A stretch of 64,000 nt of DNA, from assembly GCF_028641065.1 (NCBI RefSeq), contig NC_073399.1, forward strand, positions 32,612,001 to 32,676,000, read 5' to 3'. Source of the stretch: Leucoraja erinacea. Its lineage: Eukaryota. The position numbers and the translations under genes were made by a program. Shown here in pieces: positions 1 to 12,422 of the stretch; the first letter of the stretch is position 1, and each line of letters begins with the position of its first letter. Under the pieces are notes generated by a model. The model ran no database searches. It was not told the DNA's origin and worked only from the letters and a program-made list of their open reading frames with translations.

Positions 1-619
1 CACAGCTCACACAGGCACCCAGCTTTGTGTCATCCGCAAACTTGGAGATGTCACATTTAATTCCCTCGTCTAAATCGTTAATATATATTGTAAATAACTG
101 GAATCCCAGCACTGAGCCTTGCGGCACCCCACTAGTCACTTCCTGCCATTCTGAAAAGGACCCATTAATTCCTACTCTTTGCTTCCTGTCTGCCAACCAG
201 TTCTCTATCCATGTCAATACTCTACCCCCAATACCATGTGCTTATTTTGCACACTAATCTCTTGAATGGGACCTTGTCAAAGGCTTTCTGAAAGTCCAAA
301 TATATCACATCCACTGGCTCTCCCTTGTCCATTCTACTTGTTACATCCTCAGAAAATTCCAAAAGATTAGTCAAGCATGATTTCCCCATCGTAAATCTAT
401 GCTGACTTTGACTGATCCTGTCACTGCTTTCCAAATGTGCTGCTATAACATCTTTAATAATCGACTCCAGCATCTTCCCCACTACCGATGTAAGGCTAAC
501 TGGTCTATAATTCCCCATTTTCTCTCTCCCTCCTTTCTTAAAAAGTGGAGTTACATTGGAGCTACCCTCCAGTCCACAGGAACTGATCCAGAGTTGAGAG
601 GACATTGGAAAATGATCAC

Positions 620-2390
620 TAGAGCCAACATGTTAGGCACTAAAAAACTCTGAAATAGGCAGGCAAAAAGGCATAAGAAAATTACAAAAAAGGCACGAAA
701 AAGGAAGTTTTATTGACAGAAAAAGGCATTAAAAAGGCATTTATTTCCACAAAAATATGATAAAAAATGATAATATAAAGGTATACTACATTAAATGACC
801 AGTTACCTGGTTGCACTTGATTACTAGCATTGTTTTTATGTTATCTGGTGTTAAACTATGCCGTCCGTCAGACAGAATATGCTTCAGTTGTGAAACATTT
901 ATTTCTACCTCAGCTGAGGTCACTGGTGCATACCCGAAACAAGCTACAGACTCTATATTCATGTTGATATCTTGAGCATTACAACTACCTTTGAGAACTT
1001 TAGCTATGTTTTCTATTTCTTAAAGATCTTTGTTAGCTAAAATCACTCTCTCACATTTTCCTTGCATGTCTTTACCTACATCTCCAGGAACTTTACGAAT
1101 ATCGTCAGTTAATTTGTTGAAAACCTGCAAGTTATTCATTAATGTTTTACCACGTTTCTCAAGGGAAGTGATAGCTTGCGGGAAGTTTACAAAATTGTAA
1201 GCAATAAACACAAGATCGCGGTGGAGGGATTTTTTTCTACATGATTGCACAGATGATCCTGGTTAGAGCAGATTCTTCTTCTTCAAAACAGCTGATGATT
1301 TATTTTATGTTTTCAAAATATGCAACATATTAGAGTACAGCTGAGAGCCATGCACCCCACCTAGTCAAAACGGACCGAGGAGGTAGTGGAATCTCGGGTG
1401 CCATTCCCATGAACAACTGCACGTGACGGTGCTTTGAGGAAGATTTTCTTGACATTGGATACTAGGCAATCGACATTTGGGAAGAAGCTACGTATGTGCT
1501 TGGCAATTCTATGAAGTTCTTGAGCTAAGCATGTCAAATGCAACATTTTGGAGAATAAAACTGTAAGTCACAAACAGAAAAACATTCTCATGTTTTATAT
1601 GTCTGAAGAAGGGTTTCGGCCCGAAACGTTGCCTATTTCCTTCGCTCCATAGATGCTGCTGCACCCGCTGAGTTTCCCCAGCTTTTTTGTGTAACCTTCG
1701 ATTCTCCAGCATCTGCAGTTCCTTCTTAAAAACCTCATGTTTTATATCTTCTGGCAAAGTACAGCAAGTGAAGATATAACCAACTGAGCAATAGTTGAAT
1801 TACTTAATTACTTCCGATGTCAACAAATACTCCTTTTGTGGTTGACCTGCCTCCAGTGTACAGATGACCACATTGGCAACATATCTCCCCACAGTATCGG
1901 TTGTCTCATCTATTGAGATCCATATTTTGTTGCATGCAACTTCATCTCTAATTTTCTGCATAACTATGTTGGAGTTGCCGCCACCTATTCCTTCTCTCCA
2001 CAGATGCTCTCACCTGCTCAGTTTCTCCAGCATTTGTTGTCTACCTTCGATTTTTCCAGCATCTGTAGTTCTTTCTTAAATAGATCTTGGAGAAGACTGA
2101 ACCAGCGGGCAGTGGCACCAATGAATGAAACCGCCGGTTTTGTCCTGGTGGTGGAGGTTTTCTTGTAAGATATACTATGTTAATATGTTAATAATAATAT
2201 TAATATTAACGTGTTAACATAGAAAACGTCATTGTAATCACGGTACAACTAAAGAAAATAGCACGACCTTTTAGCAAAACAGCAAAAAAAACGCTGATTT
2301 AGGCACTCGATTGTGAAAAGGGAATCCTGGTGAAATCATCAAAAAAGGCATGAAAAGGCACATGGCATTTATGTCAAAATCCTGGCTCTA
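620..2390 (-). mobile_element. hAT-superfamily DNA transposon (CGGBP1/DUF659-like transposase), internally deleted and decayed
   Basis: 8-bp TSD ATGATCAC (612-619, 2391-2398) and TIRs TAGAGCCAnnATnTT. Minus-strand remnants [61 protein letters not shown] and PVTSAEVE..LKHILSDGRHSLTPDNI. Confidence 0.88.
1601..1733 (+). mobile_element. Penelope-type terminal repeat (pLTR) carrying a minimal hammerhead ribozyme core, inserted in the hAT
   Basis: 14-bp TSD CTCATGTTTTATAT (1587-1600, 1734-1747). Core CTGAAGA-A-GGG-tttcgg-CCC-GAAACGTT at 1603-1630. Confidence 0.8.
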
Positions 2391-2609
2391 ATGATCACCA
2401 ATATATGCACGATTTCCAGGGCCACCTACTTGAGTACTCTGGAATGCAGACCATCAGGCCCTGGGGATTTATCTGCCTTCAGTCCCAACAATTTACCTAA
2501 CACCATTTCCTGACCAACGTGGATTGCCTTCAGTTCCTCCCTCCCACTAGATCCTCAATCCCCTAGTATTTCTGGGAGATTGTTTGTGTCTTCCTTAGTG
2601 AAGACAGAC

Positions 2610-3097
2610 CCCATCGGACGCCAAACATCCTTTGCACCACCTCGCCCAGAACTCACAGCAACTGGGACCTCAATGCCTGTCACCTCGTCGCCCCTTCTTC
2701 CATCACTAGGACCCTCTTTGGATCCGGTTTCAACACACTAGGAGCATGGAGTACCAGCTGGGAACAGACTTTGCGACCTCCACAATTCACTGTTGCACCG
2801 GACACCACAGCCCCACCCTGCTCAGACCTACCCCGCAATGAGTGGGTCGCCCTGAACCTGCTCCGTACCGGGGTCAGCCGGTTCAACGCCAACATGCACC
2901 GCTGGGGGCTGCATTCTACAGTAGCCTGTATTTGTGGAGAGACCAATATACAGCGCAGCACGTCATTTTCGACTGCGCTGTCCTCCGCCCCCTTGGTGGA
3001 GGGGTAGATCTCATGGCCCTCGACAACAGCACATTGAACTGGCTACAGCATGTATAGGGCATTACATAACTGCACCTGCCTCAAACGCAAGAAGCAG
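2610..3097 (+). mobile_element. 3' fragment of an Ingi/Vingi-like (I-group) LINE
   Basis: LPRNEWVALNLLRTGVSRFNANMHRWGL..CICG..TAQHVIFDC (C-terminal CCHC-type motif), GAA-rich tail, and approximate TSD AGTGA(A/G)GACAGA. Confidence 0.65.
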
Positions 3098-3289
3098 AAG
3101 TGAGGACAGAACCAAAATACTCGTTTAACTGTTCTGCCGTTTCCTTGTTTCCCATTATAAATTCACATGTCTCTGACTATTCTTGTCCTTTTTACATATC
3201 TAAAGAAGCTTTTGCAGTCAGTTTTTAAATTTCTCCCAGTCCTCTGGTTTGCAGCTTCCTCTGGCCAATTTATATGCCTCTTCCTTGGA

Positions 3290-3838
3290 TTTAACTCCAG
3301 TCCTCAAACAACTTCACTGGCTTCCCATCTCCCACCGGATCACCAACAAAATCCTGTTCCTCACCTACAAAGCCCTCCACCATCTGGCCCCCCCATATCT
3401 CACTGACCTCCTCTCCCCCTACCAACCCTCACGGTCCCTCAGATCCACATCAGCCGGTCTCCTCTCCATCCACGTCCAACCTCCACAGTTTAGGGGACAG
3501 AGCCTTCTCCAGGGCAGCTCCCAGGCTCTGGAACTTCCTCCCCCAACTGATCCGCAATTCTGTGTCCCTCACCATCTTCCAGTCCCACCTCAAGACCCAT
3601 CTCTTCACCTCTGCCTATCCTTAGCCCCACGTCCCCCTCCCTTTTCATCTGTGCATTAATTGCCTTATTATTGTGTTTTGTTTGAATTCTGTTTTCACTT
3701 TGTGTACTAGTCATGTCTCTACTATTTATTTCATTCCCCTTACATGTTTTTCCTCTACCTGCTAAAATTTTGTAAGGTGTCCGTGAGACTCTTGAAAGGC
3801 GCCCATAAATAAAATTTATTATTATTATTATTATTATT
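3290..3838 (+). mobile_element. L2 LINE 3' fragment with (ATT)n tail
   Basis: TPVLKQLHWLPISHRITNKILFLTYKALHHLAPPYLTDLL, then GDRAFS..APRLWN. A near-identical 3' end is at 43337-43722. Confidence 0.88.
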
Positions 3839-5757
3839 AACACTATCCTTGATTTCCCTCATTAGCCACGGTTGAACCGCCTTCCCTGTTTAATTTTTTT
3901 CGCCAGACAGGATGAACAATTTTTGGAGTTCATCCATGCCGTCTTTAAATCATTGCCATTGCATCTCCACCGTCAACCCTTTAAGTATAATTTGACAGTC
4001 TATCCTAGCCAATTCTCGTCTCATACCTTCAAACCCCTTTCTTTAAGTTTAGGGCCCTAGTCTCTGAATTAACTGTGTCATTCGCCATCCTAATGCAGAA
4101 TTCCACCATAATATGGTCACTATTGCCCAAGGGGCTTTGCACAACAAGGTCGCTAACTAATCCTTCCTCATTACACAAAACCCAGTCTAGGATGGCTTGC
4201 CTTCCAGTCAGATCCCCCACATCTTGGTTTAAAAAAACATCCCGTATACATTCCGTATACCTCCTCATCACTGTCACCAATCTGGTTGGCCCAATCTATA
4301 TGTAGATTAAAGCCACCCATGATAACTGCTGTGCCTTCACTACACGCATCCCTAATTTCCAGCTTGATGCTATCCCCAACCTCCATACTGCTGTTTGGTC
4401 GTCTGTATCCCACTCCAACAAGTGTTTTCTGCCCTTGGTTATTTTGCAGTTCTACCCATACCGATTCTACAGCATCCAAGCTAATGTCTCTCCTTGCTAA
4501 TGCATTAATCTCCTCTTTAACCAGCAATGCCGCCCCACCTCCTCTTCCTTTCTGTCTATCCTTCCTGAATATCGACCACCCCTGCATGTTTAGCCCCCAT
4601 CCTTGGTCACACTGGAGCCATGTCGCTGTAATTCCAACTATATCATATTCCTTAATTACTAACTGCGCATTCAATTCATCCACCTTTTTGCTCCTTGCAT
4701 TAAGGCACAAAGCTTTAAGGTTTATTTTTTTTATCTCCCTTCTACCTATTGCTTCTGTCCTCCTTTTATGGCCCTTTGACTCCTTGCATTGGTCCCCATC
4801 GCCCTGTCCTGTTTGTTTAAACGTGACCTTTCCTACACTCTCGTTCCCGTTCACTGCACGCACACGCTTCCACGTTGATGCTCCACCCCCCCACTGTTTA
4901 GTTTAAACCCACCCGTGTAGAACTAGCAAACCTGCCTGCCAGAAGGTTGGTCCCCCTCCAACTAAGGTGCAACCTGTCCCTTTTGTGCAGGTCACCCCTG
5001 CTCCAGAAGAGATTCCAGTGATCTAGAAATCTAATTCCCTGCCCCCTGCACCAACTCCTCAGCCACATGTTCAGATCCCCTATCTCCCTGTTCCTGCCCT
5101 CACTAGCACGAGGTACTGGAAGCAATCCAGAGATAACCACCCTAGAAGTCCGGCATTTCAGCTTCCTTGTGCACAACTACCTCCAGCTGTTCACCTTCAC
5201 TCTCAAGAATGTCCTGAAGTTGGTCTGAGACATCCTGGACCCTGGCACTAGGGAGGCAGCACACTGTCCTGGAGTCTCGCCTGTTTCTGCAGAATCTCCC
5301 GTCTGTACCTCTAACTATCGGATAACGTTTAGTGCAAGATAAAGTCCAGTAAAGTCCAATAAAAGATAGTCCGAGTGTCTTTAATGTGGTAGATAGTAGC
5401 TCAAGACCGCTCTCTGGTTGTTGGTAGGATGGTTCAGTTGCCTGATGACAGAGATAACTTCTTCAAAGTAGGCACTCTGAGGAGATTTTGCATTGAGGCG
5501 GTAAAATGGAGAGAAAATGAACTGCAGATGCTGGAATCTTGAGCAAAACACATAGAGCTGGAGGAAATCAGTGGGTCAGGTGGCATCTGTGGGGGGTAAA
5601 TGACAGGCGATGGTTTGGGCCAGGACCATTCATCAGGCTGGTGGGAGTAGGCTAAAATTAGTTTATTTTCAAGTTTAAGGAAATTTAGATGACATTGGAA
5701 CTGACCATGCTGACTCACTTGTCTTAGCTAAAGTCTCTGCCTGTGGTTTATGCTCAG

Positions 5758-6071
5758 ATACACATCCCTGTGTCCATTGTGGAGGCTGTATGTTGCCAAC
5801 GTTCTGCATCATTGAGTCTAGTGCCAAAGACCAGTTGGCAATTGGGCTGCAGATGGAACATGGAACATATAACCGTGCAGCACAGGAACAGGCTCTTCAG
5901 CTCACAATGCCCAAGCCAAACAGGATCAGTTAAACTAACAGCTACACATCCCTGTGTCCGGTGTAGAGGTTGTATCTTGCCAAGCCTTTGCTACATGGGG
6001 TCCAGTGCCAAAGACTAGTTGCCAATTGGGCTGCAGATGGAACATAAAACAATGCATCACAGGAACAGGCC
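5758..6071 (+). repeat. Diverged tandem duplication (~185-bp period)
   Basis: tacacatccctgtgtcc...agtgccaaagac.agttg.caattgggctgcagatggaacat occurs at about 5760 and about 5943. Confidence 0.7.
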
Positions 6072-6475
6072 ATTTGGCCCACAATGTCTGTGCCGAACAT
6101 GGTGTCACGTTCAGCTAATCTCCTCTACCTGCATATGATCCACATACCTTCATTCCCTGCATATCCATGTACCTATCTAAAAGATTCTAACATGCCACTA
6201 TCATTCCTGCTTCCACCACCACCCCCGGCAGCACGTTCCAGACACCCATCACTCTATGTTAGTAAACTTGCCCCACACATCTCCCTTAAATTTTCCCTTC
6301 CCTCTGCCCTCCAGTCTTTATCCTGGAAAAATGGTTCTGAAAAAGCCTCTCATTATTTTATATACTTCTATCAGGTCTCTTGTTTAGTTCTAACATTCCA
6401 GGAAAAAAACAATCCAAGTTTGTCCAACCTCTCCTTGTTGGAAATATCTTCTAATCCAGGCAAGTTTCTGGTGAG

Positions 6476-7368
6476 TTTTTACACAGAGAGTGGTGAATCT
6501 CTGGAATTCTCTGCCACAGAATGCAGTTGAGGCCAGTTTATTGGCTATATTTAAGAGGGAGTTAGATGTGGCCCTTGTGGCTAAAGGGATCAGGGGGGTA
6601 TGGAGAGAAAGCAGGTACGGGATACTGAGTTGGATGATCAGCCATGATCATATTGAATGGCGATGCAGGCTCGAAGGGCCGAATGGCCTACTCCTGCACC
6701 TATTTTCTATGTTTCTATGTTTCTATGCGAACCTCTTCTGCACATTGAACAAAACCTCCACATCCTTCCTATAAGGGGGCAAGCAGAAGTACACACAATC
6801 GTCCACATGCGGTCTAACCAAAGCCCTATCATGATGCAACATGACTTCCTAACTGTTCTTGTATCTTACACTCGATGCCCCGACCAGTGAAGGCAAGCGT
6901 ACAACTTATTTATCACTCTATCTACTTGGACTGCCAAGTGCCGGGAGTAGTGGACTTGGTCTCAAGATCCTACATTGCATCAATGGTGTTAAGGGCCTTG
7001 CCATAAACTGTATATTTTAAATGCTATGGAATACAATGAATGACCAGTCCAGTAAGCACACTGATAGTCCCAGATTCAAGCAAAACTAAAGATAGACTAA
7101 ACTAAACTAAACTAAAGAAATAACTTTTTTCACGCAGAGAGTGGTGAATCTCTGGAACTCTCTGCCACAGAGGGTAGTTGAGGCCACTTCATTGGCTATA
7201 TTTAAGAGGGCGTTAGATGTGGCCCTTGTGGCTAAGGGGATCAGGGGGTATGGAGAGAAGGCAGGTACGGGATACTGAGTTGGATGATCAGCCATGATCA
7301 TATTGAATGGCGGTGCAGGCTCGAAGGGCCGAATGGCCTACTCCTGCACCTAATTTCTATGTTTCTAT
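6476..7368 (+). mobile_element. Two short 3' ends of the young CR1 (HER1-like) family (about 6476-6728 and 7125-7368) among older CR1 remnants
   Basis: TQRVVNLWNSLPQ..., 3' UTR gggccgaatggcctactcctgcacc and (TTTCTATG)n tail. Confidence 0.85.
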
Positions 7369-9436
7369 AGACACAAAATGCTGGAGAAACTCAGTGGGTC
7401 AGGCAGCATCTCCGGGAAAAAAGAATAGGCGACGTCGCAGGTCGGAACCCTTCATCAGACTGAAAGTAGCAAACCCAGAGCAAATCAAGGCCAGTAACAG
7501 ATGTCCTTAGGAAGGGTGGTGCCCATAACAGCACATTTTTGGCTGGGGAAGGTGTGACAAGGTGGATGAAAGGATGCGAGCAGCGGAACTGGTAGGACTA
7601 GCGCAGGGGGAAAAGGAAGAGAGGGGCGGAGAGGGAATACAAGAGTACTTGAAATTAGAGAAATCATCATTCATACTGCTGGGTTATTTGCCTTCTGCAA
7701 ATAACATCATCAATTTCAGCAGTTGCTTTTACCATCTTTGGAATTCATAGAAGTCTTCAGGGCAAGGTGCTACAGTCAAATAAAATGACTCCAATTGAAT
7801 CAGCTTCATGAAATACACCAGCAAAGTCAGTTTACAACACATTATTCACAAACTGCTCTTTAGTTAGAGGCTGATGTTTTAAAAACACCTGGAAAAAATC
7901 TTAAAACAGGTGAATTGTTCTTTAAAATTATAATTTACAATATAAATATATAAGAAAGTGCACACAGATTTCAGGAATAATTTAAAACATTAATGCGGAC
8001 CAAAATCATAAGAAAAATAAAATGATGTCCTTGCTGCTCATAAATCTTTCCTGCACAAAGCCAACCATGGATCCTGTGCCAGTTCTGACTTGATGAATGA
8101 TGTGGGGTTGAATTCCCAGTGTAATGCCTGAGAATTAGTAAGGCCGGATACTGCCGTTGGACTCTAGCCAACATCACCATCCCATTACTTGATTGCACTT
8201 GTACTTTGCAATCCAAGCTGGTTGAGAAAAAAAAAAAACCCGTAATGAAATTTATAAGATTACGCAACGGAAATCTTCTGATTCAGCAGTACATTGTGCA
8301 ACCTTCAAACCACATACAAGACTTGCATGTGGCAGATGCATTCAGCTTGCAGAGCATCTGCAGAAGGCATAAATCTCTGACCAATACAACTCTCCAACCT
8401 ACCACACACGCTTCTGATAAGTTTCCATCCTTCGAGCTGAATATGTAACCTACACTTCTCATGAGTAGTTTGGTTTAGTTTAGTTTAGTTCAGTTTATCT
8501 ACGTGTAGCGTAGAGTGAAAAACATTTTTGCTGCATGCTATCCAGTCAGTGGAAAGATTATACATGGATTGAGGATTCTCAATTTTATGGATTCCACAGA
8601 ATGAGTCAGAAATATGTTTGCATCATTTATTTCCTGAGAGAATGATCTAAAAAACGATTTGATGCAAGATCAAAATGGCACTCAAAATGATCACAATCAA
8701 ACATTTCCAATCAAGCCACAGATTCAAGATAAAGGGAGTAACGTTTAGTGCAAGATAAAAGCCAGTAAGGCCCAATTAAATAGAGTCCGACGGTCTCCAA
8801 TGAGGTAGATGGTAGGTCAGGACAGCTCCCAAGTTGGTGCTTCCCAGTATTACTGACTACACCTATCTACAGTGAAGGCCGAAAGTAATCCTCTTTGGAT
8901 ACACCTAACTTATTGTGAAATAATTTGAAACTGGGAAAAGTAAGTATAAACTTGGATGTCCTCCTGCAAGACAGGAGGTAGAAGGAAGCCATACACACTA
9001 ATAAAAAAGACCAGTATTTACAGTATGTTGTTAAAACCAGCCATGAACATAAGCGAACACACTGCACTGAATTATATACATGCCTCCCTAATCCCGGATA
9101 TTTGGAACGAGTCTCCTCCTGGTTGAATAAACTTGAACAATTAACAGTGCCCCTTTATTTATTGTTTGGGGTCCCGGGATTAGGAATAAAACCAAAGGGA
9201 TCAATTTGAAATGAGAGACACGTCTGAGTCATACTTAGTCTAACTGCTCAACCTCCAGCAACAGCGAAAGAAGGAGGAAAAATGATAAATGGCTGAAGGA
9301 CAAACAGACAATTCATGTTTTAAATTTGCCAATGACACAGAAGGAAAGATCACATGGGTCAGAAAGGAATGGGTCACGATGAAAAGCAACAGCTGTCTAC
9401 TGAGGATCTGCCTACTATGGCTCTGGTCCAAACTAG

Positions 9437-12422
9437 ATTCAAGATTCAAGAGAGTTTATTGTCATGTGGACATTGTCAACTGGATAGACTCTGCTTGTAC
9501 TCGCTAGAATTTAGAAGATTGAGGGGGGATCTTATAGAAACTTACAAAATTCTTAAGGGGTTGGACAGGCTAGATGCAGGAAGGTTGTTCCCGATGTTGG
9601 GGAAGTCCAGAACAAGGGGTCACAGTTTAAGGATAAGGGGGAAATCTTTTAGGACCAAGATGAGAAAAACATTTTTCACACAGAGAGTGGTGAATCTGTG
9701 GAATTCTCTGCCACAGAAGGTAGTTGAGGTCAGTTAATTGGCTATATTTAAGAGGGAGATAGATGTGGCCCTTGTGACTAAAGGGATCAGGGGGTATGGA
9801 GAGAAGGCAGGTACAGGATACTGATTTGGATGATCAGCCATGATCATATTGAATGGCGGTGCAGGCTCGAAGGGCCGAATGGTCTACTCCTGCACCTATT
9901 TTCTATGTTTCTATGTTTCTATGTGTCCCTGATAGGACAATGAAATTGTTGCTTTGCTTCAGCACAACAGAACATAATAGGCATGACTACAGAACAGATC
10001 AGTGTGTCCATATACCAATATATAAATATATACACCACATGAATAAATAAACTGATAAAGTGCAAATAAACAGGTAATGGGCTATTAATGTTCAGAGTTT
10101 TGTCCAAGCTAAGTTCAATAGCCTGATGGCTGTGGGGAAGTAGCTATTCCTGAACCTGGTCGTTGCAGTCTTCAGGCTCCTGTACCTTCTACCTGAAGGT
10201 AGCCGGGAGATGAGTGTGTGGCCAGGATGATGTGGGTCCTTGATGATACTGCCAGCCTTTTTGAGGCAGCGACTGCGATAGATCCCCTCGATGGAAGGAA
10301 GGTCAGAGCCGATGATGGACTGGGCAGTGTTTACTACTTTTTGTAGTCTTTTCCTCTCCAGGGGCGTTGCCGAACCAAGCCACGCTGCAGCATGCTCTCT
10401 ACTGTGCACCTGTAGAAGTTAGAGAGAGTCCTCCTTGACAAACTGACTCTCCGTAATCTTCTCAGGAAGTAGAGGCGCTGATGTGTTTTCTTAATAATTG
10501 CATCAGAGTTCTCGGACCAGGAAAGATCTTCAGAGATGTGCACGCCCAGGAATTTGAAGTTCTTGACCCTTTCAACCATCGTTGATATAATTGGGACTGT
10601 GGGTCCCCATCCTACTCCTTCCAAAGTTCACAAACAGTTCCTTGGTTTTGCTGGTGTTGAGGGCCAGGTTATTGTGCTGGCACCATATGGACAGTTGCTC
10701 GATCTCTCTTCTATACTCTGACTCATCCCCATCAGTGATACGTCCCACAACAGTGGTATCGTCAACGAACTTGATGATGGAGTTTGTACTTTGACCGGCT
10801 ATGCAGTCATGAGTATAGAGTGAGTACAACAGGGGGCTGAGCACGCAGCCTTAAGGTGCTCCCGTGCTGATTGTTATTGAGGCTGACACATTTCCACCAA
10901 TACAAACAGGATCCAATTGCAGAGGGATGCGCAGAGACCCAGTTCTGCGAGTTTGCTAACCAGCTTGGAGGGGATGATTGTATTAAATGCCGAGCTGTAA
11001 TCAATGAATAACAGCCTGACATATGAGTTTTTGTTGTCCAAGTGGTCCAGACTGTAGGGATGCATTCCTCCACACATTTCTTTATGAAGTCTGTAACGAC
11101 TGTGGCGTATTCGTTCAAGTCCGTTGCCGATTCCTTGAACATTGCCCAGTCTACAGACTCCAAACAGTCCTGGAGTTGTTCTTCTGCCCCCCCCCCCCCC
11201 CCCCCGACCAGCTCTGTATTGTCCTCACCTCTGGGGGTGCGATCTTTAATTGCTGCCTGTGGGCAGATAGAAGCAGCACCGCGGTATGGTCGGATTTACA
11301 GAAGTGAGAGATAGAACGATACGCATTCATGATGGTGGTGTAGCAGTGGTCGAGGGTGTTTGGTCCTCTGGTGCAGCAGGAGACATGTTGCTGGAAGCTA
11401 GGGAGCGATTTCGTAAGGTTTGCTTTATTGAAGTCCCCAGCTATGGTGGTAAACGCCTCGGGGTAAGACGTCTGGTGTTTGTTGACCACGCGTGCAGCTC
11501 CTCCAGTGCCAGACGGACGTCTGCCTGGGGTGGGATGTGGACCGCGGTCAGGGTGATGGAGGTGAATTCTCTCGGGAGGTAGAACGGACGGCACTTCATT
11601 GCCAGATGTTCCAGGTGTGGAGAGCAGGAGTTGGACAGGACTGTCACGTCTGAGCACCACGCAGAGTTGACCATGAGGCAGACGCCCCCTCCTCTCCCTT
11701 TCCCAGATGCCTGCGTACGGTCCATACGGTGGATGGCGAACCATTCAGGCTGGACCGCTGAGTCTGGGGAGCTGGGGGTGAGCCATGTCTCTGTGAGACA
11801 GAACACAGAGCATTCCCTCAGCTCCCTTTGATAATGCAGCCTTGCCCTTAAGTCCTCCACTTTATTTTCTAGGGACTGTACGTTGGCCAGTAGGATAGTA
11901 TGGAGAGGGGGATGAAGTTCCCTGTGCTTCAGTCTGACCTGAAGTCCTTCCCGTTGGCCACGTTTCCGGACACAATGGAGGTCTCCCCGTAGTTTCCAGG
12001 TACTGTGCTTACTGTACCTGCTGTTTCTGCGGGCCTGCGCTGGAACGGGGGTTCCCCACAGACGGCAGCTCCAGCTCCGTAACGAACGGGGGTTCCCCAC
12101 AGACGGCAGCTCCAGCTCCGTTGTTCCTGGAAGATCCAGCTCGTCGGCTCTGGAGGTCATCCCGGAGTTTCCAGGTACAGTACCTGTGTTCCTCCGTTGG
12201 GTCGGGGAGTTTTACAGCCAGCGTGGGAAAGTTTATAGTCCGGGGCTCCCGCAGCTGCGGGAGATCGCGAAATCGCAAGAGCCTTCAAGTGCCCAAGCAG
12301 CTTGTCCGAAACGGCATCGATTTCTGCCGTTTCCCTGATGCAGGCGAGTTGTTGGAAGTTTGAAGTGAACCTTTTATGTTCTGGTGCTTTGCAAAAGTCG
12401 CCACAGGCAGGCGCCATCTCGT
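9437..12422 (-). mobile_element. Rex1/Babar LINE, near full length with RT internal deletion; 3' UTR interrupted by a CR1 3' end (about 9480-9922, plus strand)
   Basis: Endonuclease [70 protein letters not shown]; C-terminus HHPGHTL..LPSGRRYRS. (TCTTGAA)n-type tail at about 9437-9450. Confidence 0.92.

Larger units (their letters stand above)
1..5320 (-). mobile_element. Degenerate CR1 LINE (ORF1 esterase 3' part, APE endonuclease, RT), split by three nested insertions
   Basis: Motifs NYRPVSLTSVVGK, YLDFQKAFDKVP, LCLNARS, MGGFNLH and ORF1 VVISGLLPVPRA...DRLHL. Collinear pieces at about 1-619, 2391-2609, 3098-3289 and 3839-5320. Confidence 0.93.

Noticed and set aside
7971-8267. 98-aa minus ORF and alternative frames WIAKYKCNQVMGW* / LGLQSTSAIK*
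   Set aside because: No family recognised in any frame; kept only as a splice-site candidate.
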